Part shown: piece by piece, positions 23,270 to 36,014 of the stretch
Layout: every line of letters begins with the position of its first letter
Numbering within the stretch: position 1 is the stretch's first letter
DNA from: Utricularia gibba
Taxonomy: Eukaryota; Plantae; Magnoliophyta
Length of the DNA stretch: 64,000 nt
Assembly: GCA_002189035.1 (NCBI GenBank)
Contig: NEEC01000002.1
Coordinates: 1,550,001 to 1,614,000 of the forward strand
Direction of reading: 5' to 3'
Notes under the pieces: generated by a model
Databases searched by the model: none
What the model was told of the DNA's origin: nothing
The model's input: only the letters and a program-made list of their open reading frames with translations
Program-made: the position numbers and the translations under genes

Positions 23270-26112
23270 TCACCTCTTCAGAAGCTTGTTTGAGAAAATT
23301 CTCTTGGAGTAGGGACTGTTGCGCAAGGCTGCTCTGAAGGAGTCGATTTCATCAACCAATAAAGTGAGTAAAGTACCCTGAGAGGAAGAAGCAGCAATGA
23401 ACAGAATGTCAGATGGGATCCGATCATAGCATGATCAAGCATTGCAAGCTCAAGATATTCCAGAAAAAGAAAAAGCCATGGGATCATAATTTGCATATAC
23501 CTCGGCTACACAAAGGGCTGTTTGAATGACATAATTTGCATGAGGATCCTGGAGCAAAAGCTCGAAGCAAGGAGCAGACAGCAGCTCGCGAATGATCCTG
23601 GCACGTGTTTCTCCATTGAACACTCTGAGACACTTTTCAACAACATGGCTGCTGAACTTTTGTAGTGACAGATTCACATATTTGCCCTCAAACTGCGATC
23701 TTAACTTGGAGAGTGCAGATGGGAGCTTGAGCTCCAAAATAAACTGGACAACATAGTTTCTGCATCAGACAGGTAGCAATGGGAAAGAGGATTTAGTGAG
23801 TTGTTTTGGTCATCAAACAACACTTATGCATAGATATTGGAAATTGATGATGAATCTGTTCGATACCCAAAAGCATCCTGAGCAAGCAGAAGCCCGTTTG
23901 AGCAAATCTCAGCAATCAGGTTTTCATGGAGGTCTCCGCTAGAGTGGCTGATGCAGCGCTGCAGGACACAGCAGCCATGCTGGTGTGTGGCAATATCTAC
24001 ACAATACTTCGCAGCGGCTAAGAAGATGAACTGCAAGGTTGGAATATAATAAAATCATCACAATAGAGATGGATGGTCTGGTGCTTACAAAATGGAAAAT
24101 GAACTTCAAGGAAGAGAGTGTGAGTGGCATCATATCTCTATGGTTATAAGTATCAACAAAAATAATGATGCCTCTGCACAAAAGGGGCCACATTTCTAGT
24201 CAGAGTGGATCACAATGCCTCTGCACAAAAATCATAACCACCACGCTGAGCGAAATGAGGCGAATCCACACCAGATTCCCGGTTATAACTTCACTAATTT
24301 TTTCAATAATGATGAAACTGATGATGAGAGCTGAAGTGAGCATCATAGGATGATCAATTCAAACATGACTTGGTAAAAAACTTCAGAAAGAAAGTTCAAT
24401 AGAGTAGTTACCCCACTATCTTCTATGGTAAAGCATTGCAAGCACCTCTGAACAACATGGTTACCATTCAGATCTTTGATCAATGTGAGAAAACCAGGTT
24501 CAAGAGCTGAAATGATGAGAGATATCTGTTGTCTCAATTTAAGCGTCTCAATCAGCTTCTGGACCACCCTTGTGCTGATGCCAAGAGGAAAATTGTTAAC
24601 CGTAAACAAATGCTAGCAAAGAAGCTAACGTACATGTGAAACATACCCATGTGTATTCAGGGAAATTCGAACAAGCTCCCCTGGCACTGCTGTCACCCTT
24701 ATCAGTATGATCATTCTCTGCTCCTCATCACAGACCTCCAAGAGTTTTTGCATGAGGTAATTTCCAAAAGGATTCATCATAAGCTCGATAGCATGATTGA
24801 TTATCTCACCAAATATAATCTGCACATCATGAGAAGTCCCTTCATCTAACATCTTTTGTAGGAATCTACAACCGTGTTGATCTTTAGCCATATGATAAAT
24901 GTATCCCTGCGCTTCAGCAAGAGAGCTGGACTTCGCAGATAACAAAGGTACAGTCGTTCTTGAGTTCCTGCAGCATCCTTGAAGCTGAGAAAAATTGGTT
25001 TTGCCATGCCTTTCATGAGCTTTTTGAGCTCCGCTCTCATGACGAGGACTTCTTGTCTTGTGTCTCTGCAAAAAAGCATCCCTTTCATTCATACCATAAC
25101 CGACACCTTCACCTAGAAGGATCACGCTAGCGTCCCTGGAAGAAGCATCAGGACTGCCCTGAGGCTCTGTAAAAGGAAGAGCTACTCTGTTCCTTCCATT
25201 AGCAAAAGTTGTACTATAAGCAAGTAAACTTTCTTCATGATCATGTATGATCGGCTTCCGAAATGATACACCATTAGTTTCATACAATGCATCTCTGGCC
25301 TCGGTTAAGTTTATCAGTTTTCTTTGAGCACAAAAGGTATCACCTGCCAATGGCTGATTCATATAGGAAGATCCATTAGCGGCTGTGAAGTCTATAGGAC
25401 GACTGGCGTTGGCAAGCATATCAGTTCTACTAAAATGAGGACTCCCGACAAAATCTGGCCAAGAATATAAGCTGTGTCTTTGTCTGGAAAGGTCAGGAAT
25501 TCCCCCATCATGGTGAACCATTCCCGAGCCAAATTCCAGCCCGAAGTTCATGGTTCCTCTTGGAACAGGGTTATAGTCTGAGGCAAGTGTTGCTCCAAGT
25601 TTCTGAATATTCATCTGAATTGCCTCATTTCTGGAACCGGGGTAATACGTAGCACCCTCCTGCTCATTGCTAATATACATCTTACTAAAACTTCCAGGCA
25701 AATGAAAATCATCGATCAGGTTACACTGATTATCCTTTAAATCTGACAAAAGCCCATTCCTGGACATCAGATGGGATTTGTTCCCTTCATACAGCGGCGA
25801 TGATGCTGATTCAATGTCAGACAGTGTAAGCATACCACCAGAGAACAAACTATTAAAAGAACCATCTGACAGAACAGGAAAGCCACTTATCGGAAACGAT
25901 GCACGCCCATAGTTACGATTCGGTAGCACATCATTCAGGGGTTGACGGTAACGATCACCATGGTTTGTTAGATGATGATGATGGCTATCGGTGAGCGCGG
26001 GGTGAAGATTTAAGGATGATGTTGCATGAGGAATCTCACCCAATAACATTTCCAGTTCATCATCCTTCGTGATCTCAACACCCCTTTTCTCGAACTTCAT
26101 CTTCTCAAACAT
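23270..26112 (-). CDS. APUM7: Pumilio RNA-binding protein, APUM7/8-like, 5 exons
   Basis: N-terminal DDELEMLLGEIPHATS. PUM repeats MAKDQHGCRFLQ, NPFGNYLMQKLL, DLNGNHVVQRCL, HQHGCCVLQRC, QKFSSHVVEKCL, DPHANYVIQTAL. Last exon ..RNSPYSKRIFSNKLLKR* with stop at 23272-23270. Likely ATG 26112. Confidence 0.92.
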
Positions 26113-28234
26113 CAAATAACAACAGCGAAGATACACACAAACAACGAGACAGAAAACAACAACAGAGTCACAAACTGGAAACACACACCCAAGAAAGTTA
26201 CAAACACAAAGCACACTATTTCAAAAAAAGAGAAAACGTATACATTGCAAGATTCAGAACACCCATATACAACAAACAATCAAATGACCGAGGGATTGCG
26301 GGATTTTAGAATCTGGGCCGGAGTCACTCATAGTGATAAAAATAGCAAAAGTACGCTCTTTGAATGGAGAGATTTCAAAAGCATTACCCCTTGGCTCCCA
26401 TTATCAAATAAAAAAGAAAAGCTTTTGAGCCGGTTTTATCTCATTCTGGTTCTGGTTTTGCGAAAATAATTCCAGGAATTCGCTGGAGCATGCAAAATTA
26501 TCTACATACATCCAGATACGGCCATTTTACACGCAGTTTGGTACTTCCTCGCGACATTAAAGCTGATTTTAAAGTAACAGCTCCCTGCAGACTCTCTCCT
26601 GTCTCCCTCTTCTCCGGTTTATCCTTCCTTTCCCTTTGCTGCTTCTTCTCCAAGTAGTATTTTACTATAGAATAAACGTTTTATTTTCAATATCTGTGGG
26701 TGACCCAATAGTAGTAATTTTTTCCAATTTAGTAAAGCCTTTTTTTTTCTTTTTTATTAAAAAATACTTGCATCTACTATAATTATAACTTCCGATCATA
26801 ATATATTTATATTTATAACTATCATATAATTAAAATTAAAAGTATGTTTGATACATCGTTAATATATATTTGAAATAAATATTTTATTTGATATATATAT
26901 ATATTTATTTATTTACAAAATATGAAAATAAAAACAAACCTATTACTTGATTAAGAAAATTTATATATCATTAAAATAACATGATAAATAGTAAAACTAA
27001 AAACTTAAAAACAAATTGTAAAAAAAAAAAAATCATTGAGCACATGAAATATTTAATATATATTATATTAAATAAACATAATAGGAATGTTGTGAATTCA
27101 TTGAATTTTATTTATATTATTAATTTTTTTAAAATTACCTATATGTATTATATTATGTCATAAGGACTTGTTTGGTAAATGTTAAAAACGAGACTTAAGA
27201 AAATTCAATATTTTTCATATATTTGATTGGATTAATGTAATTTTAGACGATACATAGAGTTTTATTTATTAAATTCAAAATTATGCTTTTGTAAATAATA
27301 TTTTTAGTAATTTTTATAGAAATAATGGTTATAATAAGAGTATTTTAGATATTTTAACTTTTATCACATATCATAAAATTATATTAATAATGAAATATTT
27401 TATAACTATAACTTACAAAATTTCTACTGCATTATATCATATTATATTTTAGTATCAGACATTACTATTTAGATTTAAGATGTGTTTCTTAGATAGATTT
27501 GGATGTGTTATATTTTATAATAAAAATATATTTGGATTATATTTTTAAATGATTGATTTTATATTTATTTAGAATTGAATGAGAGATAATGAAAAATTAG
27601 AAATAAATATATGATTTAATATAAAATATAAAATATATTTATTTTTCAATAAGCTGTAAATGTAGTTTTAATGTCTAATATTAGTTTAATTTAAAACCTA
27701 TTAGAAAAGTATATGTTAAATAAAACATATTTTAAAATCAACATTAACCCAAATACTAAACAATAATTAAATCAAGTAGCTATAGGATTAATTTAATATA
27801 TGAATAAAAAAAAGACTGCTGGACGGGACTGGTGGCACTGCCGCCTGGCGGACGCCGGACACTGCGCCGCTGTACTCAGGCAACGGTGTACGGATAAAGT
27901 GAAGAAGTTAAATACGTACTTTACAGATTCAAGCGGTGGCAGTTCTGGTTTTGTATTTAAAATATTAAACATATTAATATTATGTATCGTTGATAAATTT
28001 TTGAATATCCATTTTGGTTTCTGGAGATATATATTTTTTAATTCCAATAGGTGAGAATCTCGTGTTACACACGCATTCGGTGTTACCTCAAAAACATGGA
28101 TCCTCAATATTTTAATAATTTTTTTAATATTGTAATATTTTTAATATTTTGAATTATGGCACTTTTCTAATATTGATTGATGAATTGTGTGAGGGGGGTT
28201 TGTGCTGTTTCTGCAGGGGTGGGCGGGGGGCGCC

Positions 28235-29444
28235 ATGGAAGATAGAGGGAAAGAGAAGGTGAAAGTCGCAGGGGACGAAAGATGGACGGCTGCCATCGCG
28301 AATCTCGCCGGGATGTCGTCGAATCTCGACTCTTTGCACAAATTACTTGTCAAGAAAGCCGTTTATGTGGACGATGACACTTTCTCCAAAGTCGCTCTTG
28401 CCGCCGAACAAGCTCGAACAATCAAGGTCGTCGCTGGACTTGGTTTCCCAATCTTTAATGGAGGGTTTCGATTTTCATCACTGATTATGCGATTTTCACC
28501 TCAGAAGCCCTTATTTTGCATTCGCATTTCTTGGGGGATTTCCTTGGTTTCGGGATCCTGGGAGTCCTAGTTACTGTAGAGCTCGAATTAATGAGGGCTC
28601 CTGTTTTTTTTTTTTTTTTATTCAGTTGACTGATTGTGCATTGACTGCGGTTCATGGCTTAGAGATGACCAACAAAATGCTTCTTAGTTCTCTATGATGT
28701 TGGATTGGGTATATTGTTTTTACACTGAATGGGCTTACAAATCGAAGCATGTTTTATCATCTGAAAAGCCTAGAAGATGCTTCTTTTGACAGTCCAATGC
28801 ATTGATTGAGTTATGGAGTTCCGATGTGAGCCATTTGTTAGGTTATTGAAAGAGTTCAATGGAGTTGCCTGTTGGTGTAATGTGTATGCTCTTCCGGATG
28901 CAAATTATTCTTTAGATAGATCATGGATGCTTGAACTGTTTTTTGTTGTGCAGGTTCTTGAGCTGAGAGTAGAAACTTTAGAAAAGGAACTTGATGCTGC
29001 AATATCAGCGGCTGCTCATGCACGAATGGAGAAACGACAGGCTGAGGCAGCTCAAAAAGCTGCTGAATTGCGTGCACTAGAAATCACAAGGGAACTTGAA
29101 AACACTACAAGTAAGCTGATTTTCTCTTGATCCCTTCTCGTCTAACTGCACTTGGTAGCACAATGAGGACTCGAATGCTTCATACCTGAGGTGAAGAAAC
29201 CATCCATCCTGCTTCAACATATTTCTGCATGATGAATACAACTGAATGCAAGAAGCCAAAACTGATCACCTATCCTGACATAGTACAATCACACTGTCTC
29301 TTTGCTGCAGAAGTTTTTCAACTGCACATGGATGAACTTCGTGCCAAGCAAGAGGAGATATCAAAACGGGATGAAGAGATCAGACTCCTTGAGGCGATAA
29401 TACAGACCCTTGGCGGTAGAGAATCACTTCCTGCAAAAGCTTGA
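28235..29444 (+). CDS. Conserved plant coiled-coil protein (160 aa), 3 exons
   Basis: Exons 28235-28426, 28954-29110 and 29311-29444 splice in frame (GT-AG): ..WTAAIANLAGMSSNLDSLHKLLVKKAVYVD..EQARTIK|VLELRVETLEKELDAA..LENTT|KVFQLHMDEL..EAIIQTLGG. Probable 5' UTR intron ending at 28216. Confidence 0.9.
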
Positions 29445-29646
29445 AACTCCCCCTCTTTCGAATCAATCACTTCCTACAAAGCAGTGGGGATGTGATTCCC
29501 CATAGTCAATCGGTCTGCAAAAAAGAACCTTCATGTCATAACCGTTGCCCTCTGCAACAGGATTCATGAGAAGGAAGTGAGAGTCAACCATGTAGCCCAA
29601 ATCTTTTGACTTGCGCAGACTCATCTGATACATGATGACTAACAAA

Positions 29647-29666
29647 CACACACACACACACACACA
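29647..29666. repeat. (CA)10 microsatellite
   Basis: Direct reading. Confidence 0.95.
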
Positions 29667-30753
29667 TGAGGTGAAAGGCGCTGGTGAATAAAAGCTAAAG
29701 CACAGGTAAGTGTCTGCAAAGTAGGAGAAAGTTGATTTCTGCAGCTGACTTTTTTATCAGTAAGTATTTTATAACGAATATATTACACAGTAGAGGTGTT
29801 TTGCATGTCAATTTGTCTAGATTAAATTATTTAAAATGGAGAATAAATGAAAATATTATATTTAATTATTTAAAAATATAAATTGAAGTGATAAATGTAT
29901 TTTTAAATATATTGGTTAATTCATGTAACATCACTTTATAAAAAAAATGATAATTTAAATTAAAAGATTACTTTACAAAGCAACATGTTGTGAAAAGACT
30001 TGAGGGAGGGGAGGGTAGATCAGATCCCAAGGTGGAATGCTGATGAAGGGTAAAAAAGTAAAAAAAAAGAATAAAGTAGATAGTTGACCAAGTGGAAGGG
30101 GGCCCACAAGAAGACCAGGAATAAAGAGTCCCCAAAAGGGGGTTTGACTAGTAAGGGTGGGGAGGGGAGGAAGAAACCAAAAGGACGTTTGCTTTTACAG
30201 CTCGTGAGGGAGGGGGGAACCTCGGCCTGGGGTGAGGCCCAGGATGCAGCTGTAAGTAACAGAGCAAGCAAATTCAGACAAAAGAAAAGAAAGAAAAAGA
30301 AATGGCAGCAGCATTGACTGCAGTGGAACATTTTACTTGGGGATGGGACAATTCTCGCACTGCCAAAGAATATTAATCAACACACCACGACCACCACCAC
30401 CAGCAGCCCCAAAAGTCAATTAGGTGAGCTGCCCAGTTCCCCAAATTTTATGCCGCTTTTCCTCTGCAACCCCTTTGTTTTCGTTTTTCCCGATTTGAAG
30501 TCTCGGGGCTCCCTGTAACTCTTCTGGCTTCTCGTTTTGTGGGACAAGTCAAGTTTTACGCTTTCTGCAACAGCTTGATTTGATTTGGGTCTTCTTCTCT
30601 GGATCGGACGCTTTTCAATTGGTAGAGTTATACACGGTTTTCGTTTTGTTGATCAAGACCCTTTACCCTTTTTGTTTTTCTGGTTTCTTTAAGGTGGGTG
30701 TCAATTTTCATTTCGCTGTAATTTGATGTTGAGGCGGAGGAGCTTTTAGAAAC

Positions 30754-32196
30754 ATGGATACCCTGTGCTGTTTTACCTCCACCAAGGTGAGATTTACTGT
30801 GCTTTATTCATGTCTTTTTTCTGGGATTATGCCTTCTCAACTCGATCTTCGTGTGTATATCCTTCCGTTTTCGGGTGCGAATGGTATTGATTATCTGCTC
30901 TAACCATGCCTTTGTGCCTAGATGGCTGCGGGCTTTCAGTTCTTTTGTTACCTCTTGTATCAAATGTGTTGTTGAACACTATACAGGAACAGGGTGTACC
31001 CTCTGACTATTATTCTTGTAAACTATAGAGATTTTGAATGCAGAATTCCATGTGAAGCTACTTCTAAAGACTTTATACTGTAATAATGATATGCTCTGTG
31101 TTGATTCGCGCCACTGCTATCTTCCTGCAGCATCCAGGGGGCAGTTCATCAAGTGGTTCAGGCAAGGGAAAGAACCATGACGGTAGCATCAAGTTTGGAT
31201 TCTGTTTAATAAAAGGGAAGGCAAATCATCCGATGGAGGATTACCATGTCGCCAAGTTCTCCTGGGTTCGTGGCAACGAGCTGGGGCTTTTCGCCATATT
31301 CGATGGGCATCTCGGAGATACTGTACCTGCATACTTACAGAGAAACTTGTTTTCCAACATCTTGAAGGATGTGAGCAACCTTTCCAGTGTCTAACATGAT
31401 ATGAACAAGATGTTGATGACTGAATTAACCTGTTTACCTGATTCCAGGAGCATTTTTGGAGGGATCCAGGTGCTTCGCTTACAAGCGCGTATGAGAGTAC
31501 TGATCGGGCCATCTTATCCCACGACTCAGAATTGGGGACCGGCGGCTCCACCGCAGTCACAGCTATCATCGTAAACGGCCGGACTCTTTGGGTGGCCAAC
31601 ATCGGAGACTCAAGAGGGGTGCTGTCCCTGAGAGGGCAGGCAATACAGATGACTATTGATCATGAGCCAAACACCAACACTGAGCGTGATAGCATTATAG
31701 TCAAAGGCGGATTCGTCTCAAACATGCCAGGTAATGTGTTACATTGCAAAAGTATGAGCTTTTTCCTTCTCATCAGGAGTGAGACGTACCTGTGTTGCTG
31801 ATCAGGTGATGTTGCTAGAGTGAACGGGCAACTAGCAGTTTCTCGCGCCTTCGGCGATAAGAACTTGAAATCGCACTTGCGGTCCGATCCTGACATCAAA
31901 AGTGTAGAGATTAACAGGGACACTGATCTCCTCATCCTTGCTAGTGATGGTCTTTGGAAGGTTCCTTCTATCTATATATACCTTTGATGCTGTCCTCTTT
32001 GCTCTTGGCTCCATCATTACATGTGTTTTGACATTGTTAAACTTTACTCTGTCTACTTCAGGTCATGTCGAATCAGGAGGCGGTAGATATTGCCAAGAGA
32101 ATCAAGGATCCACAGAAAGCGGCCCGGCAGCTGGTTCAAGAAGCTCTGGACAGGGAAAGCAAGGACGACATCTCATGCATTGTCGTTCGATTCTAG
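30754..32196 (+). CDS. Protein phosphatase 2C, clade F-like, 5 exons
   Basis: Exons 30754-30786, 31131-31370, 31448-31730, 31806-31960, 32062-32196. Motifs KGKANHPMEDYHV, LFAIFDGHLG, GGSTAVT, ANIGDSR, LAVSRAFGD, ILASDGLWKV, SKDDISCIVVRF. Confidence 0.95.
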
Positions 32197-35100
32197 GCAT
32201 AAATATTGGTACAAGCAAGATGCGTTTGGTGGTGGTGTGCAGAATGGCTAGTTGCTCCTGCTTCATATCTTGAAGGAATCTGTCCGTGTAAAGAGGCATA
32301 TGCAGGCTGCTGCTGCGCAGCTCCCTCATTAATAGTGTGGTTTACTGTCGGTATTGCTCTTCTTTCCCTTCTCTGTCTCGGGCAGATTCTTTTTACTCCA
32401 TTGTTTGTGTAATATTTGCTGGGGGTGTTCTCTTCAACTTGTCGTCTCTGGAGCTTTTCTGAGTATGTATTGGATTGGATAAATCATCTCTACAAGAAAA
32501 GGAAGCTTTTGTCTAACCTTCAAGAACCCAAAATCTTTGAACACATAAAATTGATTACATCTGGGAGATGGTTCTGCAGAGATGTTCTTGAGCCAATACC
32601 TCGATTTCGGCACGGAGAAATCTGGAGCAAATGCACCTCTAAGACAAGATAAGCGCATCTCAAATGGATCATGGATCTGAAATCATGAAGATCCATTGAG
32701 AGGTTACCAATGAAGTGGCCAGAAATTTGAGCTGTGAACTAACTCTGATCTGTATTCATGGAGTTCCATCCCTGAGTCATCAGCTTAGACTCATGGAACC
32801 CCCATTTGCCAAAGATGGCATAGCCTGCATCAAGCTTTTGATTAACAACAGAAAACTTGATTTCAAACCTGGAACACGGTTACCAATCACAGGAGAGTTC
32901 GACAGGGTAAATCAGCAAGAAATGCTCATTCCAGTGAAAGGGGTAAAAGAAAAAGGCAGTAAAGTAGTGAATAAGTGCGTGGCAGTGTGGGGGCGCCAGG
33001 GCTCTTGCAGCAAAGAAAAAAAGGGGTCGGAGTCCTTATGGAAAGCCCTATTTCTCCAAACTCAAGGCAACAAATTCACAAACAATACAGGTAAGAATGC
33101 AGGGATATTAAAGCTGAAACACCATGTCCAATGAACTAAACAGAGGGAAGGACTGAAATGACAAATTAAACAAGGGCTATCCATAAGGGCCTTCTTATCA
33201 TCCATATTACCAACGGTTGGCTTCATGAATCTACCTTCATAGCCAATGCATCTGAGCTTCTCGATTTCAACTTGAACCAGTGTGTTCAGCGTCCTTTTAT
33301 ACAAATTAGTATCCATTTCCACAGTTACATTCCAATCAGAATCACTTGCACGGTTACTCGGGCAGGGAGGCATCCCGGCTTGTAATGATCTTTTTTGGTG
33401 TAAATGATCCTTACACCCATTTATTACTACTCATCCTTCGACCCCGACCATTTCCATGGCCATCGTCGGACGGAGCCCGAACAGACTTTCTGGTATCTTG
33501 TTCTCCCTTCCAGTGGAAGACAACGTATCGAGTAGGAGAGAAGACATAGGTGTGTGTAAGGCAGGGGTGGTTGGAGGTCAATGGAGAGGCTTTAGTGGTT
33601 CACAGAGGTTCCATAGCTTCGTTTGTTCTTCGTATCATCTGCTTACTTTTCCGATCGCAAAAACCAACTTTTCCCAATCGTCGCCGCTGGCCGGATCACT
33701 GGGTAGGGCTTGTGGGGATATTTGGGGGGTAAGGGCAAAATTGTATTTTAACTGTAAATAATATAAATTTATATTTAATCTTATATTTAACTATCCAATG
33801 AATTTGATTATATACAATAGCAAAAGACCATTGTAGCCCAGATCAATTGTTTTAGCAATTTTGCATTCTGGTCTAGGGGGGTATATTGAAAATAAAAGAC
33901 GGATGAGGGGCTCCATTAAAAATTATGAAACTTTTCAGAGATCCTTGTTCTTCTTTTTGCCGACAAGCCGTTGGATCCACGGCCCTGCCGTGGTTTTCTG
34001 TCATTGGAAAGCTCCGGTTAACCTCTATATTGCTCCGGGTGGGTAGATCTGTGAAACGATGTCTCCGGATTTTGTCTAGATCGCTGTTTCTTGACCTTGG
34101 AATTTCTGAAATTGCTGCATTTTTTCTATGGGTTTGGCGGCGATTCGGTGAGGTACAACTAGTTCTTTTCTTGGGTCTTTTCGTCAGGACAAGGTTGTGG
34201 ATACTGGGATATTAGATGAATAATTTCCCCCTTCATTTGCTACGAATTTGTAGAAAACTGTCGTCTTTCTACATTTCATGCTACTTTGACCGATCCGGTG
34301 AATCGGTTGTAGGGTAATTCTGAGGGAGAGTGCATGCGTGCTTTATAGCTGTTTGTCCTTTTGTTGTTGAAAACCTTTTGGCCTTGAGGGGACATGGCTG
34401 TGCCTTGGAGTATTACGCTTTTTATAGCACGAATGATATGGCTGGCATTGGGTGGCTGGATTGTTTCTTGTTTGACTGTGGCAGATGAGATCGCTGGGTC
34501 AATGAGAGCTGGAGAGATTGGTCCTTTCCATGTGGATTAACGTATAATTGATATGTTGTGGGGTATTACTTTTGCTCTTTGTTTTGTTTCTTTTTTCAGC
34601 CGGTCGCTTGCATGTCCCCAGTTCCCTGTCTTCTAAACAATTTTCCTCAAGTGGTAGAAAAGTTGCTATCAGTACAAGTCACCTCAAATCATTTGTCTGG
34701 TTTTCAATCTTTTGCTGCATCAGCCATCATCTTGAACATAAAGAGTTGGTTTGCTTATGACCTGTGGTGTTTCTGATGTGACTTCTTTTGGGAGTGTGTG
34801 TCGTATGGTTAAAAAGTATGCTCAAAGCTGCCATTGATCGACTTGATGTCGAACTTTTTTGTCATTGTGCATCACAAGAGCTTACACTTGGTTTCTTGAA
34901 CTGACCGCAAACGGTTTATGTCAAAGATTCTTCTGTGAGAAAGCTACATGATCACTGTTTGATCTGTCAGTGTTGATAAGGATGTTAGTTATTCGGGAGA
35001 ACAAAGAACATATACGTGAGGATGATTCATGTGAAATGCCGCAGAACAGTATGATCGATGTGCATGCGTTAAAACTTAGTACGATTCGGTTTGTTAATCA

Positions 35101-35453
35101 ATCCCGGGAAAGAATGTGGTCTCTTGGATAAAGTTGATGCTAGTGTTGACAGAAATGAAAGAAGTCGTTTCGAGCCAGAGCAGAGAGTGCTCAGGCTGAG
35201 CACGATGGCAATTGATTTCCTCCAGAAGAGTGCATTAGAGAATAATGAAGGACCGCAAACCAAAGAATTGTAAGAGTTCTTTTGAATTAATACGCTGGCT
35301 CTCTTGTGACCCAAGTTGGGTATGAATCTTGACTATGCAGTCCCTCAAACTTGGTTCCAAACGGAAGAGTATTCTCTGTTGATCACCCTGTTTGAGTTGG
35401 AGTTCAAGTGGAATACTTGAATAAGCAACGTGAGTGAAAGCTGCATTTTTCCC

Positions 35454-35572
35454 CCACAAGCATCAGCATCATCATGTCATGTGAAGGACATTGATTTATT
35501 CTCGTGACTGATAAAGGAGCACGCACGCGCTGCGTTGTCCCTTTACCTTCACAAGATGATGAATGCTTGTGG
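35454..35572. other. 119-nt imperfect hairpin, possible pre-miRNA-like RNA
   Basis: CCACAAGCAT (35454-35463) pairs with ATGCTTGTGG (35563-35572); CATCATC pairs with GATGATG; TGTGAAGG pairs with CCTTCACA. No match to a miRNA family I recognise. Confidence 0.35.
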
Positions 35573-36014
35573 AATCTCCAGTTATACATGCATGCTATGG
35601 CTCCACTGCCATGATACGGTGACAAAAATGCCTTTTTTTTACCTGTAGTTCTTTTCTTGTAAGTACAGAGAGTGTATTTGAAAATCTCGGATTATTGACA
35701 TATTGAAATAAGATGGAAAATTGTCTAGCAAATGGGGGAGTTTGAAACTGGGGCTCAGGAGGCCCCTGTGGATCGCATTTATTAGTCTGCTTCTGCCACA
35801 AAGCATTTTCACTTTGGTCTCCAGCTCTACCCGCAGCTTTTTACATTTGCATTCAATGGCCGTTCAATGGCCATTACCCCACCCAAACCACCATTTTGCT
35901 TCTGTGCTTCGTTCCGCTCCCCCGCCATTGATGGTCGGTGCCGCAGCATGAGCGAATGATCCAGGAAGTCAGAACTGGGGAGAAGGAAGATCGGATTTTT
36001 CTGCTTGTTTCGCA

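Noticed and set aside
27160-27770. Tourist-MITE-like starts (GGACTTGTTTGGT at about 27164)
   Set aside because: No matching opposite TIR or TSD found.
34087-34100. TTCTTGACCTTG, identical to the first 12 nt of tasiR-ARF (TAS3)
   Set aside because: The match breaks after 12 nt and there are no miR390 sites nearby.
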